This document shows, one piece after another, positions 51,499 through 64,000 of a stretch of DNA of 64,000 nt. The notes below the pieces were generated by a model. That model did no database searches. It was given only the letters and a program-made list of their open reading frames with translations, and was not told the DNA's origin. The position numbers and the translations under genes are program-made. Source of the stretch: Eledone cirrhosa (lineage: Eukaryota); the NCBI GenBank assembly GCA_964016885.1, contig OZ024740.1:266724001-266788000 (forward strand). Direction: 5' to 3'. The stretch's first letter is position 1. Every line of letters starts with the position of its first letter.

Positions 51499-53061
51499 CA
51501 TACTAGCTTCACCAATCTTAGCTTCAACATCTAGACATACATTATTTTATGCATCTTTTTATCTTTTTAGTTTTCAACTAACAATAACCATGCTTCTGAT
51601 AACCTTCATTATTTCCTTGGCCCAATTTGACAAGTCAAGTTCTACTCAACTCGGTAAGTGAATGAGGTTGGATAGTGTCGATTGATCTAGAATTTTCTCT
51701 TTTTAAGATGACAGTGTGATTTGAAGGAAATTTGATTACTATTGCTAGCAGATTGAGTGACCAGATAGAGGCTTCTTTGATGACTTGCATTAGTCATAGT
51801 GAAATAATCCTGGTGAGGGATGATCACCTAATGATACATCTGTCCCCAATACATCACATTTAGATAGAACTTTTGAGGGTGACCCACTGCCCAATAAAGT
51901 ATAATTGAGTTATGAACGCTAATTAGCAATATGTTAATTAAGATAATAACTAACAATTAACATCTTTATTCACAGCTATGCGATATCACATTATACTTCC
52001 TTCTTGATCTGCAATCATCCCCAGAACAATCATATCTCTATCATAGTATTTTATGACAGCTTATTAAAGTCAACTGAAAGGATAGCTCAGTGAAAACTGT
52101 AATTAGTATGTAACAATAAAGAAATAACCTCAAATAACCTGTGTATCTTTAGCAGAGTTCACTCTGTTGTCCAGTTTAACACCAGTTTTGCCTATATCTT
52201 ACATACATATTACATCATATCTTAGACATAAACATGTGAAAAGATCTGAGACCCACAGATGCCATCTTAATGGGCTACTCTTGATATTTTTAGTTTTACC
52301 CATGACCCACACGCATATTATATCATATCTTACATATAAAACTTTGAAAAGATTTGAGGACCACAAAGAACACCTCAATGGTCCACGTGTTGCAGCCACT
52401 TGTTCAATAAAGTCACCCACCTAGTAGAAATAACAGCTCAAATCACTGACCACTGATTATAAGAAATCGAAGAACACAGGAATAATGTAGTTCTAGATAC
52501 ACTGTTGTCAAATAATGATTGAATTCTTATTTTATCATGGACCCAGCACTACCACTTTACAGAGTGTAGTGGATGCATTTAATCATGGTCACATTTATCC
52601 TGACATGTTGTTTTGCTAGTTATAGATCAGCCCAGATTAAGCAGTCCTGCCATCAAAACATTCCAACAGTGACTATCCTATTTTTTGTATGTCTTAGCTT
52701 CAACTTTGTTTTTCTCAATATCTGATTATTTCATTTATTTAATTCTATTTGTCCTCAGTGAAAAGCAAAGCTTACCCTTAATTTAGCTCGTGGGACATAT
52801 GTTGGGTTTCACCACATTCAAGCAAAAAGATAAATTAATAAAATTAAATGAACTTTTTAACAAAGCCAGCATGTGGCTCATCATAATCATAACCATCAAG
52901 ATTTTCACTTCCATCTTTCCTTGCTGACATACACTGGGCAGGTCTGCATCACTCATCTTAGTCGTGCATCATTTTATCTGTCAGATCAGACCATACACTA
53001 TAGGCACCTTTCAATTTCAATACAGTTCAATTTTGGGCCAGCACCTATCATCTGTTTTACT

Positions 53062-53295
53062 CACATGTCCATACTAACACAGTCATCTCCCAAGTATCCC
53101 TACAGTTCAATTTTGAGCCAGCTCTCATGTCCATATTGACAGTCATCTCCCAAGCATCATCATAGTTCAGTTTTGAGCCAGCTCTCATGTCCATATTGAC
53201 AGTCATCTCCCAAGCATCATCATAGTTCAGTTTTGAGCCAGCTCTTATCATCCACTTACTTCACATGTCCATACTAACAGTCATCTCCTAAGCAT
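53062..53295. repeat. About 60-bp tandem repeat, 3-4 units
   Basis: CATGTCCATATTGACAGTCATCTCCCAAGCATCATCATAGTTCAGTTTTGAGCCAGCTCT repeated. Confidence 0.9.
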
Positions 53296-53887
53296 ACAAT
53301 GGTTGGTGATTTAATACCCAGCACACTTTCACAGTTCAAGTTGGTTTCACCTTTCATATTTATGCAAGTTAACATTTCACATCCAATATATTATATTGAA
53401 CATGTTTCACTCCATCTTTCAAGACAGGTAGCTTAATGGTTAGAGAATTGGATTCACAATCATGAGGTTGCCAGTTCGATTCCCTGACCGGTTGATGAAT
53501 TATGTTGCTCCCTCTCCCAAGAGTATCGACCAGTAGATAGTATCAGCAATGGAAAGACAAATGGAAACATTGTTTTCTTGGTCTGATTTGACAAGCCCCA
53601 CCCCACTTCATAAACGAATGTAGTCTGGGATCTTGTTGAGTGTTTCTTTCACACCATCCTTGCATACATACAACACAGAAAAGAAAAAAATTGTTGTCAC
53701 CAAAGATTGTTGTTGTTTAGATGTAATGAAGCAGACCTATGATTAAATGGGTTCCAACCTTGACCATCTTCTCTTTTTTTTCAGATATAATGTATGAAAT
53801 TAAGCATAGGACCATCAAACACCTAAATCTGAATGTAGATACACCTAGAACAAATGCAAAATAATCCCTAAATGTCCCTATATGTAA

Positions 53888-54060
53888 ATAATTGTTTCTA
53901 CTTTAGGCACAAGGCCAGCAAATACCCAGTGCATTACTGGTACTTTATTTTATCGACCCCGTAAGGATGAAAGGCAAAGTCAACCTCGGCAGGATTTGAA
54001 CTCAGATCGTAAAGGGACGTAACTATGCTGGAAAGCATGGCGTCCGACCCTCTACCGATG
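53888..54060 (-). mobile_element. Family A SINE (other copies: 13386-13452, 30495-30640, 32905-33070, 54145-54290, 55268-55390, 56455-56555, 56908-57002, 62312-62420, 63300-63410)
   Basis: Near identity to 9727-9900. Confidence 0.88.
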
Positions 54061-55659
54061 TAAATAATACACTCCGAAAACAAAGCCACCAATAAACATT
54101 CACTCCAAATATTAATATGAGGGAGACATACTTTTTCTAGCTGCAGTGAATTGGCAGAGTCGTTAGAACATTCGAAAGAATGCTTTGTGGTATTTGTTCT
54201 GGCTCTCTGAGTTCAAATCCTGCCATGGCCAACTTTGCCTTCCATCCTGTCGAGGTCAATAAAATAAAGTACCAGTCAAGTACTGGGATCAATTATTCCT
54301 GTATCTCTTTCTCATTTCCTTTCTCTAACTCTCTCTACCCTTCTCTGAAAGAAATCTGTTGTACTCAGGTGTAGAGAAGGATGGGCTCTGCCAGGCTTAA
54401 AAACCCCAAGAAACACCATATGAAAATACGGCACCCCTATGACTCCCTCAGGAGTTACGGGATCATATCATACCATACATCAATAATATTAGCTTCCACT
54501 TCACTGTAAATTTTTGTAGTAAAGCAAGGTTATAGTTGACTCAATCAAGCTCTATATACAGTTCTTATTTTATAAATTCTCATTAACACATTTGATATCT
54601 TCTTTGCCCACTTGTTCTTGTGAGGGTCATGGGGGCAGAGTCCTCAAACATACCTTCCAGCAGGTCCTGTCAGAAGCACCCATCTCCAAGCGAGACCAGC
54701 CAAGCTCATTGATATTATCCAACTGTCTTGCTCGGGGTCTACCCCTGGGTCTTCAGCCGGTTGGTTTTGTCCATAAAATCTGTCCAGTGATTCTTTTCTT
54801 AAACATTCTGACCACATGCCCATAGTATTGGAGCTGTTACCTCTCAACTCAGAGAAGTAGCGGCTCTACCTAGAGTGACTCAGAGATGTGGTAGCGGCTC
54901 CACCTGAGTGCCTCTCTGATCTCTGAGCTATGCACCCTATGAGTAATCGGCTCTGGTTCTATGAAACAAAACAATTCATTTAAAAAATTTTTTTAATTCC
55001 AACATAACTTTCTTTAAGAAGCATTTGATAAGCTGTGTTGCAAATACAATCTTAATGATGAAATAAATAGTAAATCCCACTAAATTATTCATTAATAAAT
55101 TCAAATATGATATATTACATTAGAAATATACTAATGAAAGGGTTAAACAATTATTAGGATTCAAACCCAGAAACAAAAGCTACTACATTAAATACACTAA
55201 TGTATTTAATCTAAATCTAAACTATTTCTTCCACTTAGCCATCATTATGAAATTATTACCTCCCTGTATGATCTGAGTTCAAATCCCGCCGAGGTTAACT
55301 TTGCCTTTCATCCTTCCGGGGTCGATAGAATAAAGTACCAGTAATGCAGTGGGTAATTGCTGGCCTTGTGCCAAAAGTAGAAACAATTATGAAATTATTT
55401 GGATTAGGTTCAAAGAAAATTTTCCTGGGAGATAAAAATCAATTGAACTACATTCGTTTCTATAATATTGATTTCTGGCTTAAGTACAAAGTTCTATATT
55501 TTGGGTGTGAGACTAGTTGATTAAATAGACACCTAAGCTGGTGCTACCATTAGTTAAATTAAGCAACCCCATGGAGAACAGATTTCAGAATGGTGCATTA
55601 CTGAACATTAAAGTGGAAAATAATTTAGTATGGTCAGAGCAATCAATCATGATCCCACA

Positions 55660-55985
55660 ATTGGTGCAGCGAGCCATTGGGGTGCCACTCTAGATGTGTC
55701 ACTAGCGCAGCCAGTTGTTGGGGTGCCACAGGTGTGGTGTAGCCAGTTGTTGGGGTGCCACTAGTGCAGCCAGTCATTGGGGTGCCACTGATGTAGCCAG
55801 TCGTTGGGGTGCCACTGGTGTAACCAGTCATTGCAGTGCCAATCTAGATGTGCCACTGGTACAGCCAGTCGTAGGAATGCCACTGGTGCAGTCAGTCGTT
55901 GGATACCACTTGTGCAGTCTGTCACTGGTGTGCCACTCTAGATGTACCACTAGTGCAGCCAGCCATTGGGGTGCCACTCTAGATG
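55660..55985. repeat. Degenerate minisatellite of about 27 bp (GGGGTGCCACTGGTGTAGCCAGTCGTT)n
   Basis: About 10 diverged units visible. Confidence 0.85.
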
Positions 55986-58594
55986 CTTTCATCGTCAGGT
56001 ATCACCACTCATCTCTATTCTCCACCATGCATAGAAGGGTCTCGGTGTTGTGATTAGCCCAGTCTTGTTGGACCAGGATTTTCTTTGTCTGCCTCACCTT
56101 CGACCGTGCCTTGAAGGATGGTTTTAGACAAATTGTGGCAGAATACATAACCATACCAGGCAAATTTCTGTCTTTTCACCATCTCAAGGAGTGATTCCTG
56201 TCTGCCAGCATATTTGTTAATATAATATATCATATAATATAACGATTTCTTATAGAAGCAGACCAGAAATTTATAGTGTGAGAGTACAGTCAACTGAATC
56301 ATCCACCCCATCCCTTCCAGTAAACGGCCATCATCCCTAAAGCGATGAACACAGAGCGTAAAGCGATGCAACTATAATTCAAAGCACCCAACACGACTAC
56401 ATGTGTAGTGATGAAGTGTTTTTTTTTAATTCTGCCATTCCACCTGTCTTTAAACAATAATTGTTTCTACTTTAGGCACAAGGCCAGCAATTATTCAGTG
56501 CATTACTGGTACTTTATTTTATCGACCCCGTAAGGATGAAAGGCAAAGTTAACCTTAAACAATAATAATGATTGATTGCAGGGCAAAAATTGTAGGGAGG
56601 TTGTGTAGTGTTCTAATAAAACCCCATTCTCAATCTAGTTTGAAAGGCTCCAAGAGTAGAGTGGCAGAATCGTTAGAGCATCGGAGTTTCGACCTTTTAC
56701 GTTCTCAGTTCAAATTCAAGCGTGGTGAACTTCGCTTTTCGAATAAACCATCCCAGATGTCAATGGAATTATATTAGAAGACTAAATTTAATCCAATCAA
56801 GATTTGAGTGAAGACGATAAAGATAAGCCCCCCCCCCCCCCCCCCAAAAAAAAGAGGTGGGAAAGGAAAGGAGCCGATCTTCAGATTAATTTGCCTAGTC
56901 GGGCGTTATTTGAGTTCAAATCCCGCCGAGGTTAACTTTGCCTTTCATCCTTAAAAAAATAAAGAGATAATTGCTGGCCTTGTGCCAATAGTAGAAACAA
57001 TTATATTTCAGACATTCTACCTTCCTAAAATATGTGATTCTTATAAACAATTTCTAACGGACACATTATTAGGCGAAGGCTATAGACATGGCCAGTTTTG
57101 CCATTCTATAAAAAATTCAACACCTTTCAATGTATTCATTTATTCAAACAAACGAGGGAGCCTCTTTGGGGAGAGGACGGTCGACCTGCTAGAAATAGCA
57201 GCCAAATCTCGCTTGACTAACACCCTACCTTTTAAAATAGCAGAACCGGAGGGTGGAACATTGAATAATGTAGACCTCGATTCACTATGTATAAATAACA
57301 TGTAGTCACGGATGGAAATTCTTTGATCTGATCGATCAAGGTTGACCTCAGGCTAAACAACATACATTACTCGCATTTTTTTTTTTCTAAAGCAACACAA
57401 TGAGCTTCTTTAAATCTGCTTTACTTTTTTTCATTTTTTACATTTAATCGAATGATTAATAAACATATATTTTTACTTATAAAGATTCTTAAAAATAGCA
57501 ACAATATATAATTTAAGAAACATTTTTTCTATTCAATTAACGAATTTCAACATGTATGACTTACAACAAAAACAATAATAGAAAAAACAGCTCGTAGCGT
57601 ATAAGTCACTATTACTCTCGGGTAATCAAATGATGGGGAGTTGGAATAAGAGTTGGTTAGAAAATCGGTAATTTTTCTAAGTTGTCTGCGTTGATTTTTT
57701 TTAAAGACTAGAATTAGTCGTTTTGTTTACATATTGAGACTCCAACCCATCCTATTTATTTTATAACATATGAGATTTCTTGTAATGTACTTTTTTTTCA
57801 TGTCTAACGAAAATTAATTGCCGCAGGAATGCTACCACTTTAAATAACATTTTGCCGGTGATAGATTAACAAAATGTAATAAGCAGCGGTGAGAAGAGAG
57901 AAGATATTACATATAAATAATAAACAGATGTAAAGATTTAAATTTTATCTGATATTTTTGTTAGTAAAATCACAAAGTAAAAAAAAAAAAAAAAGAACAC
58001 AAAAAGCAAGACGGTAATTTACACAATGAATGAATTGTTAATAATGAAAACATTTACCAAAAACAATGCATTATTGTATGTAATAATGTCTATTTGATAT
58101 ATCTTCGCCTCTCTCGATTAAGTCTGAAGCTGTTTGCATGGTTTTGGCAAATTAATAATCCATTAAAATGATATTTCGAAATATAAACACAATAAAAATT
58201 CATGTTTTCGTTTTTTTTTCTTTGTTGGTAGGGAAAGGTGTTTTCTCTCTTCTTAACTTAAAAGAAAATGAATTTTTAAAACCTCAAATTATGTCATCAA
58301 TAATTTTCTATATACGACACCGGTATCGATTATGTACACGGTTACAGATTAGAAACATACCCCCAATTAAATTAAGTACGTATATTTATTCACTGTTAAT
58401 ATGTTTAATATAGGCAGTATGGAAAATGTAAACTGGACATGCTGTTAATAAAGTAAAACAAAACAATATTAGTTAATTACTAATAAGGTTGTTTCATTTC
58501 TACGGTTAATACATCAGTGATGGTCACTGCTTCCGTAACCGAATGGAATAAAATTCTAAAATATTAGGAATTATCGACAAACTATTTTTTCCAG

Positions 58595-59245
58595 TCTGTG
58601 ACGTTCGAGATGTTTGGGGGAGCTGAGTCGCTGATAACGAAGGTCTTGTCATTGTTGATGGCTCACCTTGGTTGTTCTAGTACCTTAGCCTCGCTATCAT
58701 CCGGCCTTACCGATGTATCTGTTGATGTCCGTAATGCAGCTTCGTTGTTCCAGCACCTTTCTTTCAACAGGTCTCCGGAGAAACGCCTTCTCTATTCCGT
58801 ACACCGGGGGGGGGGGGGGGGGCGTGGGACCCCATTTGCTTATAATATGGAGAGCGAGAGAGACGGAGGCAGTGACAATGGGAGTTTTGTTCCTTTGTGT
58901 TCGGACCAGGTGTATATGTATATGTTTCACGGCTTCGCTCTTCATACACACAATTTGTACTAATACACATCTTTAGTATAAATATATATGCAGTTTAACC
59001 TTAGCCTCGCTATCACCCGGCATTACCGAGCTATCTGGTGAGGGTACTTGGTTGTTCTAGCGCCTAAGCTTTGCCATCATTCGGTCGTACCGAGATATCT
59101 GTTGATGCCCGTGAGGATCTTTCGTTGTTCCAGAGCCTTAACCACGCTAGCACCCGGCCTTACCGAGGTACATGATGATGCCGGTAATAGTGTTTCGTTG
59201 TTTCAGCACCTTAGCCTCGCTATCACCTACAGATATGCTTGTCTC
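58595..59245 (+). mobile_element. Internally repeated, decayed CRE-like RLE 3' fragment
   Basis: VTFEMFGG...SLFQHLS and SLFQHLSLAITYRYA resemble the CRE C-terminal LFQRLSLAIQRGNA. The unit ACCTTAGCCTCGCTATCA recurs several times. Confidence 0.5.
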
Positions 59246-59619
59246 AAAAAGTATTAGAGGGAGGGTTCGGAACCCCTTGTGGTGTGTGACCGATTGGCAC
59301 ACATTACTTAATGCTGAATTAATATTTTCTTTCGTTTTGATTTTATATTTATGTGAAATATTTATGTAAGCATTGTGTGTACATGTAAGCATGTATATTT
59401 TCATTCTGTAAGAATTATGTTTGTAATACTGTAAGAATTATGTTTGCATTGTGTGTACATGTAAGCATGTGTATATTTTCATTCTGTAAGAATTAGATTT
59501 GCAATAAAAAGGGGTATTAGCGGTGTAAATTGTTAGCGAAATATAAAATACATTATAAGCATCACAGTTTTAAACTATATTAAATACATCAGACAACTCT
59601 GGACACGTGTCTGGTTTAT

Positions 59620-59877
59620 TTTGACCCCCACAATGTCTCGAACTCGGAGGCTCATCAGGCCGGTGCGTATAACGGTTTCCGTGGCGTGAAACACAAGTCA
59701 ATCGCAGGGTTAAACCCTCAGCTATTGCTGGTACTTATTTTCTGCTGACTATACCGGAGCAACGTAAAATGAAGTGTTTTGCTCAAGAACTCAGTACGCA
59801 ACCCAGCCTAAGAATCGAACCCACGAAATTATGATCGTAAGTCCCACACCCTTACCACTAGGCCACGAGCCCCCTCA
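59620..59877 (-). mobile_element. Family B-related tRNA SINE
   Basis: Reverse complement GAGGGGGCTCGTGGCCTAGTGGTAAGGG...GGGTTCGATTC...TTCTTGAGCAAAACACTTCATTTTACGTTGCTCC. Confidence 0.75.
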
Positions 59878-60566
59878 ATGATGCATAGCATTTCCTGAAT
59901 ATACCAAGATAGTAATGAAGAAATCATCAAATAAATACATAGAATTGTACATTTATTGTAGAAAAATAAAATCAGTCGTTTATTCCATCTTCTACGGAAG
60001 TTAAATTTCCAGATAAAGGGGAACAACTTTTATACCTCACCTGTATAACAGATTAAATTCGAGGGTGGTTTGAAATGTTCATAGGCTGACCAAAGATACT
60101 CTCATGGAATGACCAAATGAGGTTTATATTTCGACAACGAAAGAAACAACGTAGTTATTAATAAGAGTTGAAATTAGTGCGCGCAAGATTTCAAATTTCA
60201 AAGCTTTAACTTCACTCCTTAATAGTCAGCTCATGAACTTCTCACTCACATACATACGTTTTGGTAAATATCATCTTGGTTAAGCGAGTGGGACTGGCTT
60301 TGTGCAGTGCCTTTGCTCACTATAAAAGCTTCACGGCACAGGCATTGCTTTATATCTGGAGATCTCTCTGCACTTATCATCACATGGTACCATGGGCCCA
60401 GCACTATGTGTCAATAATTGTCTCAAGTGTAGTGTTTGTACCAGAGTTTTCAAGTCGCTGGCTGGACTAAAAAGTCACACTCGTTCAGCGCATCGGTAGG
60501 GGCTCTCCTACATGGATATAAAGTAGTGGCCGTACTCGAAAACGAGTTGGCAGCCACCATATATGC

Positions 60567-60631
<65 letters not shown>

Positions 60632-60689
60632 TGTATATATATATATGTATGTATATTATATGTATGTATATATATATATATACATACAT

Positions 60690-61812
60690 TTTATGTCCAA
60701 ATGCAAAGTATGGGTGCATAAAAGATGTAGTGGGATCACAGGTAAGCTAACTAAGAATATAGATTTTATATGTGGCCGGTGCTCTGGTGCAATAAGTAGC
60801 AGCAAGTGCCCACGGAATACTAGCTCATTCCATTGCACAGATGGTTCTATAGAAATAGTGGACACCTTCCGTTACTTGGGTGACAAAATCAGCAGTGGTG
60901 GAAGGTGCTCTGAAAGTACAATAGCTAGAGTCAGAACTGGATGGAAAAAGTTCAGAGAGCTTATACCACTATTAGCCGCTAAAGGGTTCTCTCTAAAAAT
61001 GAAAGGCAGGCTGTATGATGCCTGCATACGAACATCAATGTTAGATGGCAGTGAGACCTGGGCATTGTGTGCAGAAAATATACGCAGACTGGAGAGGAAC
61101 GAAGCTTGCATGCTCCGCTGGATGTGTAATAATAATATACGTGAACGGCAAAGCATAAACGAACTAAGGGATAAATTAGAAATAAGAGGGATCAGATGTT
61201 GTTTACTCAAGAGAAGACTATGTTGGTATGGTCACGTGATGCGCATGAAAGACGACAGCTGTATAAAAAAGTGCAGGGCAATAAAAATAGACGGTAGCCA
61301 CGGAGTAGGCAGACCCCAAAAAACCTGGGACGACTTGATAAATACCGACCTCACACACTTACACCTCTCTAAGACAATGTTACTGGACCGAGATCTTTGA
61401 CGCTACACAGTAATACCGAAGACCCGCCTTACCTAAGTACAAAGTGAAACCTACTACAGTCAGTAGGCACCTCTAACAAAAATACCCCCCCCCCCCGTCC
61501 CACTACCTCCATCCCATCCACACCACCCCTTTCAATGTAAAGTTATGTACCACAACATCCAGTCCGAAACAAATGAGGTCGTGTAGGTGTCACGACAAAA
61601 AAACACACAGTCCACGCTGTAATGTGGCCATGTAGGTAACACGGTAAAAACCTCCCAGTCTACACTGTAAACGTGGTTGGTGTTAGGAAGGGCATCCAGC
61701 CGTAGAAAACCCGCCAGACAGTCCTATATGAGCAAGACAACCACTCTTGCCTCAAGTGGGAAAATTCCCATCCAAACCCATGCAAGCGTGGAAGATGGAC
61801 GTTAAACGATGA

Positions 61813-61816
<4 letters not shown>
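60690..61816 (+). mobile_element. RTE LINE 3' fragment (starts within the PHD-like finger) with (GAT)n tail
   Basis: [12 protein letters not shown]...CGRC...FRYLG...GSETW...WYGHVMR...GRPQKTW, followed by a 3' UTR like 26272-26727. Confidence 0.92.
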
Positions 61817-61844
<28 letters not shown>

Positions 61845-61954
61845 CTAATTGCAGCTGCATTACTTCAATTCGGCAGATTCGTTGGCCAGAGAGTGTTGAA
61901 TTAATACTAGCGATCTTTGTTCATATTATATTATATATAGATATATATATATAT

Positions 61955-62207
61955 ATAATTGTTTCTACTTTAGGCACAAGGCCAGCAATTACCCAGTGCA
62001 TTACTGGTACTTTATTTTATCGACCCTGTAAGGATGAAAGGCAAAGTAAACCTTGGCGGGATTTGAACTCAGATCGTAAAGGGACGTAACTATGCTCAAA
62101 TCCCGCCGAGGTTTACTTTGCCTTTCATCCTTACAGGGTCGATAAAATAAAGTACCAGTAATGCACTGGGTAATTGCTGGCCTTGTGCCTAAAGTAGAAA
62201 CAATTAT
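61955..62207. mobile_element. Fold-back family A SINE (two 3' ends pointing outward) within (TA)n
   Basis: 61955-62066 is the reverse complement of 62096-62207 with one mismatch. Confidence 0.9.
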
Positions 62208-62676
62208 ATATATATATATATAATGAAAAAGAGTTAGTTGATTTAGAATCAGCTGACTTTTATATAACAGATGTCAAGCACTCAACGGTATAAGTTTAAC
62301 TGGAGTTTTATTATAATAATAATTGTTTCTACTTTTGGCACAAGGCCAGCAATTATCCTAGTGTATTACTGGTACTTTATTTTATCGCCTCCGTAATGAT
62401 GAAAGGCAAAGTTAACCTTTTATAATAATAATAATAAATGAAAGACTGTTACTTTAGTCCATCCCAATTTATTTTATTATACGTATTTCAAAGATGCAAG
62501 GCTTATGTATAACATAAGCCAAAACATGTTCTCTTAAAATAAAATCCACAGGAGAATTAGGAATCATTTGATATACTTGCCAGCTACGGATCTGAACAGC
62601 TCGTCTGACCGCCTGCATATCAAATGATTTCTACATCTCCCATGGATTTTATCTGAAGAGAACATGTTTTGGCTTA

Positions 62677-63985
62677 TCTATATATATAAAACTGAGGTTG
62701 TCTGTCTGTTTACTAAAACCTTCGGCACACATCTCCTCTTAAACCGTACGTTCAAATTTCGGTGAAATTGCTACACTTATAGATGAAGGTCCGGCGGAAC
62801 CATCGGTCAAATAAATTTTCAAATAAGTTCTTGTTTTTTATTATGTCATCTATATATGTAAAACTGAGGTTGTCTGTCTGTCTACTAAAACCTTCGGCAC
62901 ACATCTCCTCTTAAACCGTACGTTCAAATTTCGGTGAAATTGCTACACTTATAGATGAAGGTCCGACGGAACCATCGGTCAAATAAATTTTCAAATCGAC
63001 CCACGCCAAGTGTAAAAATCGAATTTGTAATGTATTGATTTTTCAGTTCAAATGTATAAATAGAGTTGAGAGACGAGTTATTTCCCTTTTATGGCGTCAT
63101 TTGCTTATCTATTTATGTTACGTATAAACGACGCGGTGGACCGAGAAGAACAATTTCATGCAAAGAGAAGACCAAGTTTATGGTGTCAATGGAGTCGTTA
63201 GCCTAATATTCTATTTAAAATAACCGAATGATTTCCAGCCACGGAGTTTAAGAATGATGTAAATAAAATTGTAAACGAAAATGACAGGTTATTAAAATAG
63301 TTGTTTCTACTTTTGGCACAAGGCCAGCAATTAAACAGTACATTACTGGTACTTTATTTTATCGACCCCGTAAGGATGAAAGGCAAAGTTAACCTCGACG
63401 GGATTTTAACTTTGCCTTAACATAGTAAAAATAAATAGTGAAGATTTAGGCCAGTACATACGTATGCACCGACGAACATACACATACTTATACATGCGCA
63501 CACACAAATACATACACACACACACACACACGTGCGCGTGCGCGCGTGTGTGTAAACCTTATGCATTTCTACAGTATTTTCACCAAACTTAAGACATAGG
63601 TTACTCATGTACTCCGGATGGTCATGGACACTTTCATTTTCCCAGATATTGATTATAGGGCCTCCCTCAGATAACCCCCTTTAACCACTTCCTTGGAGTC
63701 GACTGAAGCACTGCAGTGCAATGCAAAAAAAAACGTCATAACTTCTGGAGTTCGCAACCGATTTTCACAAAACTTGACACATGGGATACGTTTGTTCTAC
63801 AGATGAATGTGAACTCTCAGAATTGGCACATATTGAGTAGGGGACCCCTGAGGGCAGGAACCCCCTTTTGGAAAAAGTCGATGAGTTTATAAAAGTATAG
63901 TTTTCGAAGCAGCACTGAAGTATTGACATAAATGGTATACATAACTACTATTTAATACCCGAGCAACGCCGGGTACCTCTGCTAG
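62677..63985 (+). mobile_element. Non-autonomous Helitron with duplicated 5' end (second 5' terminus at 62849)
   Basis: A|TCTATATATATAAAACTGAGGTTGTCTGTCTG 5' end. Subterminal hairpin ACCCGAGCAACGCCGGGT (63957-74) and CTAG|T 3' end. No TSD. Confidence 0.85.
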
Positions 63986-64000
63986 TGTTATATATAAGCC

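Noticed and set aside
50917-51661. (VIKSISRP)n and (LITGLLIL)n ORFs as repeat proteins, or the array as CRISPR
   Set aside because: Head-to-tail 24-bp minisatellite with no unique spacers, frameshifting 23-bp units at its start, eukaryotic context and no cas genes.
60060-60255. Possible mariner-derived MITE (CGAGGGTGGTTTGAAATGTTCATAGGCTGAC / GTCAGCTCATGAACTTC)
   Set aside because: The TIR match is partial and the TSD unclear; too decayed to call with confidence.

Overview
This is AT-rich eukaryotic (animal) genomic DNA dominated by (TA)n/(CA)n/(GA)n/(TAA)n microsatellites and transposable elements. The repeat inventory (Nin-domain and CORE-like tRNA SINEs, RTE LINEs with (GAT)n tails, very long TA tracts) looks like a coleoid cephalopod such as Octopus; this is inference only. 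Most ORFs in the supplied track are microsatellite translations. Supported content: (1) one uninterrupted 1130-aa R4/Dong-type RT+RLE non-LTR retrotransposon ORF (4040-7432) ending in a (TAA)n tail; (2) at least five Penelope-like element (PLE) remnants with GIY-YIG domains, three of them with the CxCx5C linker of the Hydra-type clade; (3) about a dozen type I hammerhead-ribozyme (HHR) motifs at PLE 3' ends, many inside fold-back structures whose 3' ends both point outward; (4) RTE, CR1-like and CRE-like LINE fragments, a decayed mariner, hAT, TA-TSD and TTAA MITEs, and a non-autonomous Helitron; (5) a minus-strand host gene with two phase-compatible coding exons (40533-39594 and 34913-33394, about 819 aa) encoding three tandem dsRBD-like repeats, plus a candidate exon of a second gene near 27 kb. 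The most interesting signals are the ribozyme-capped fold-back architecture shared by PLEs, non-coding mini-elements and a SINE, and an apparently non-coding structured HHR element with SINEs at the same site just 3' of the ribozyme in both arms.
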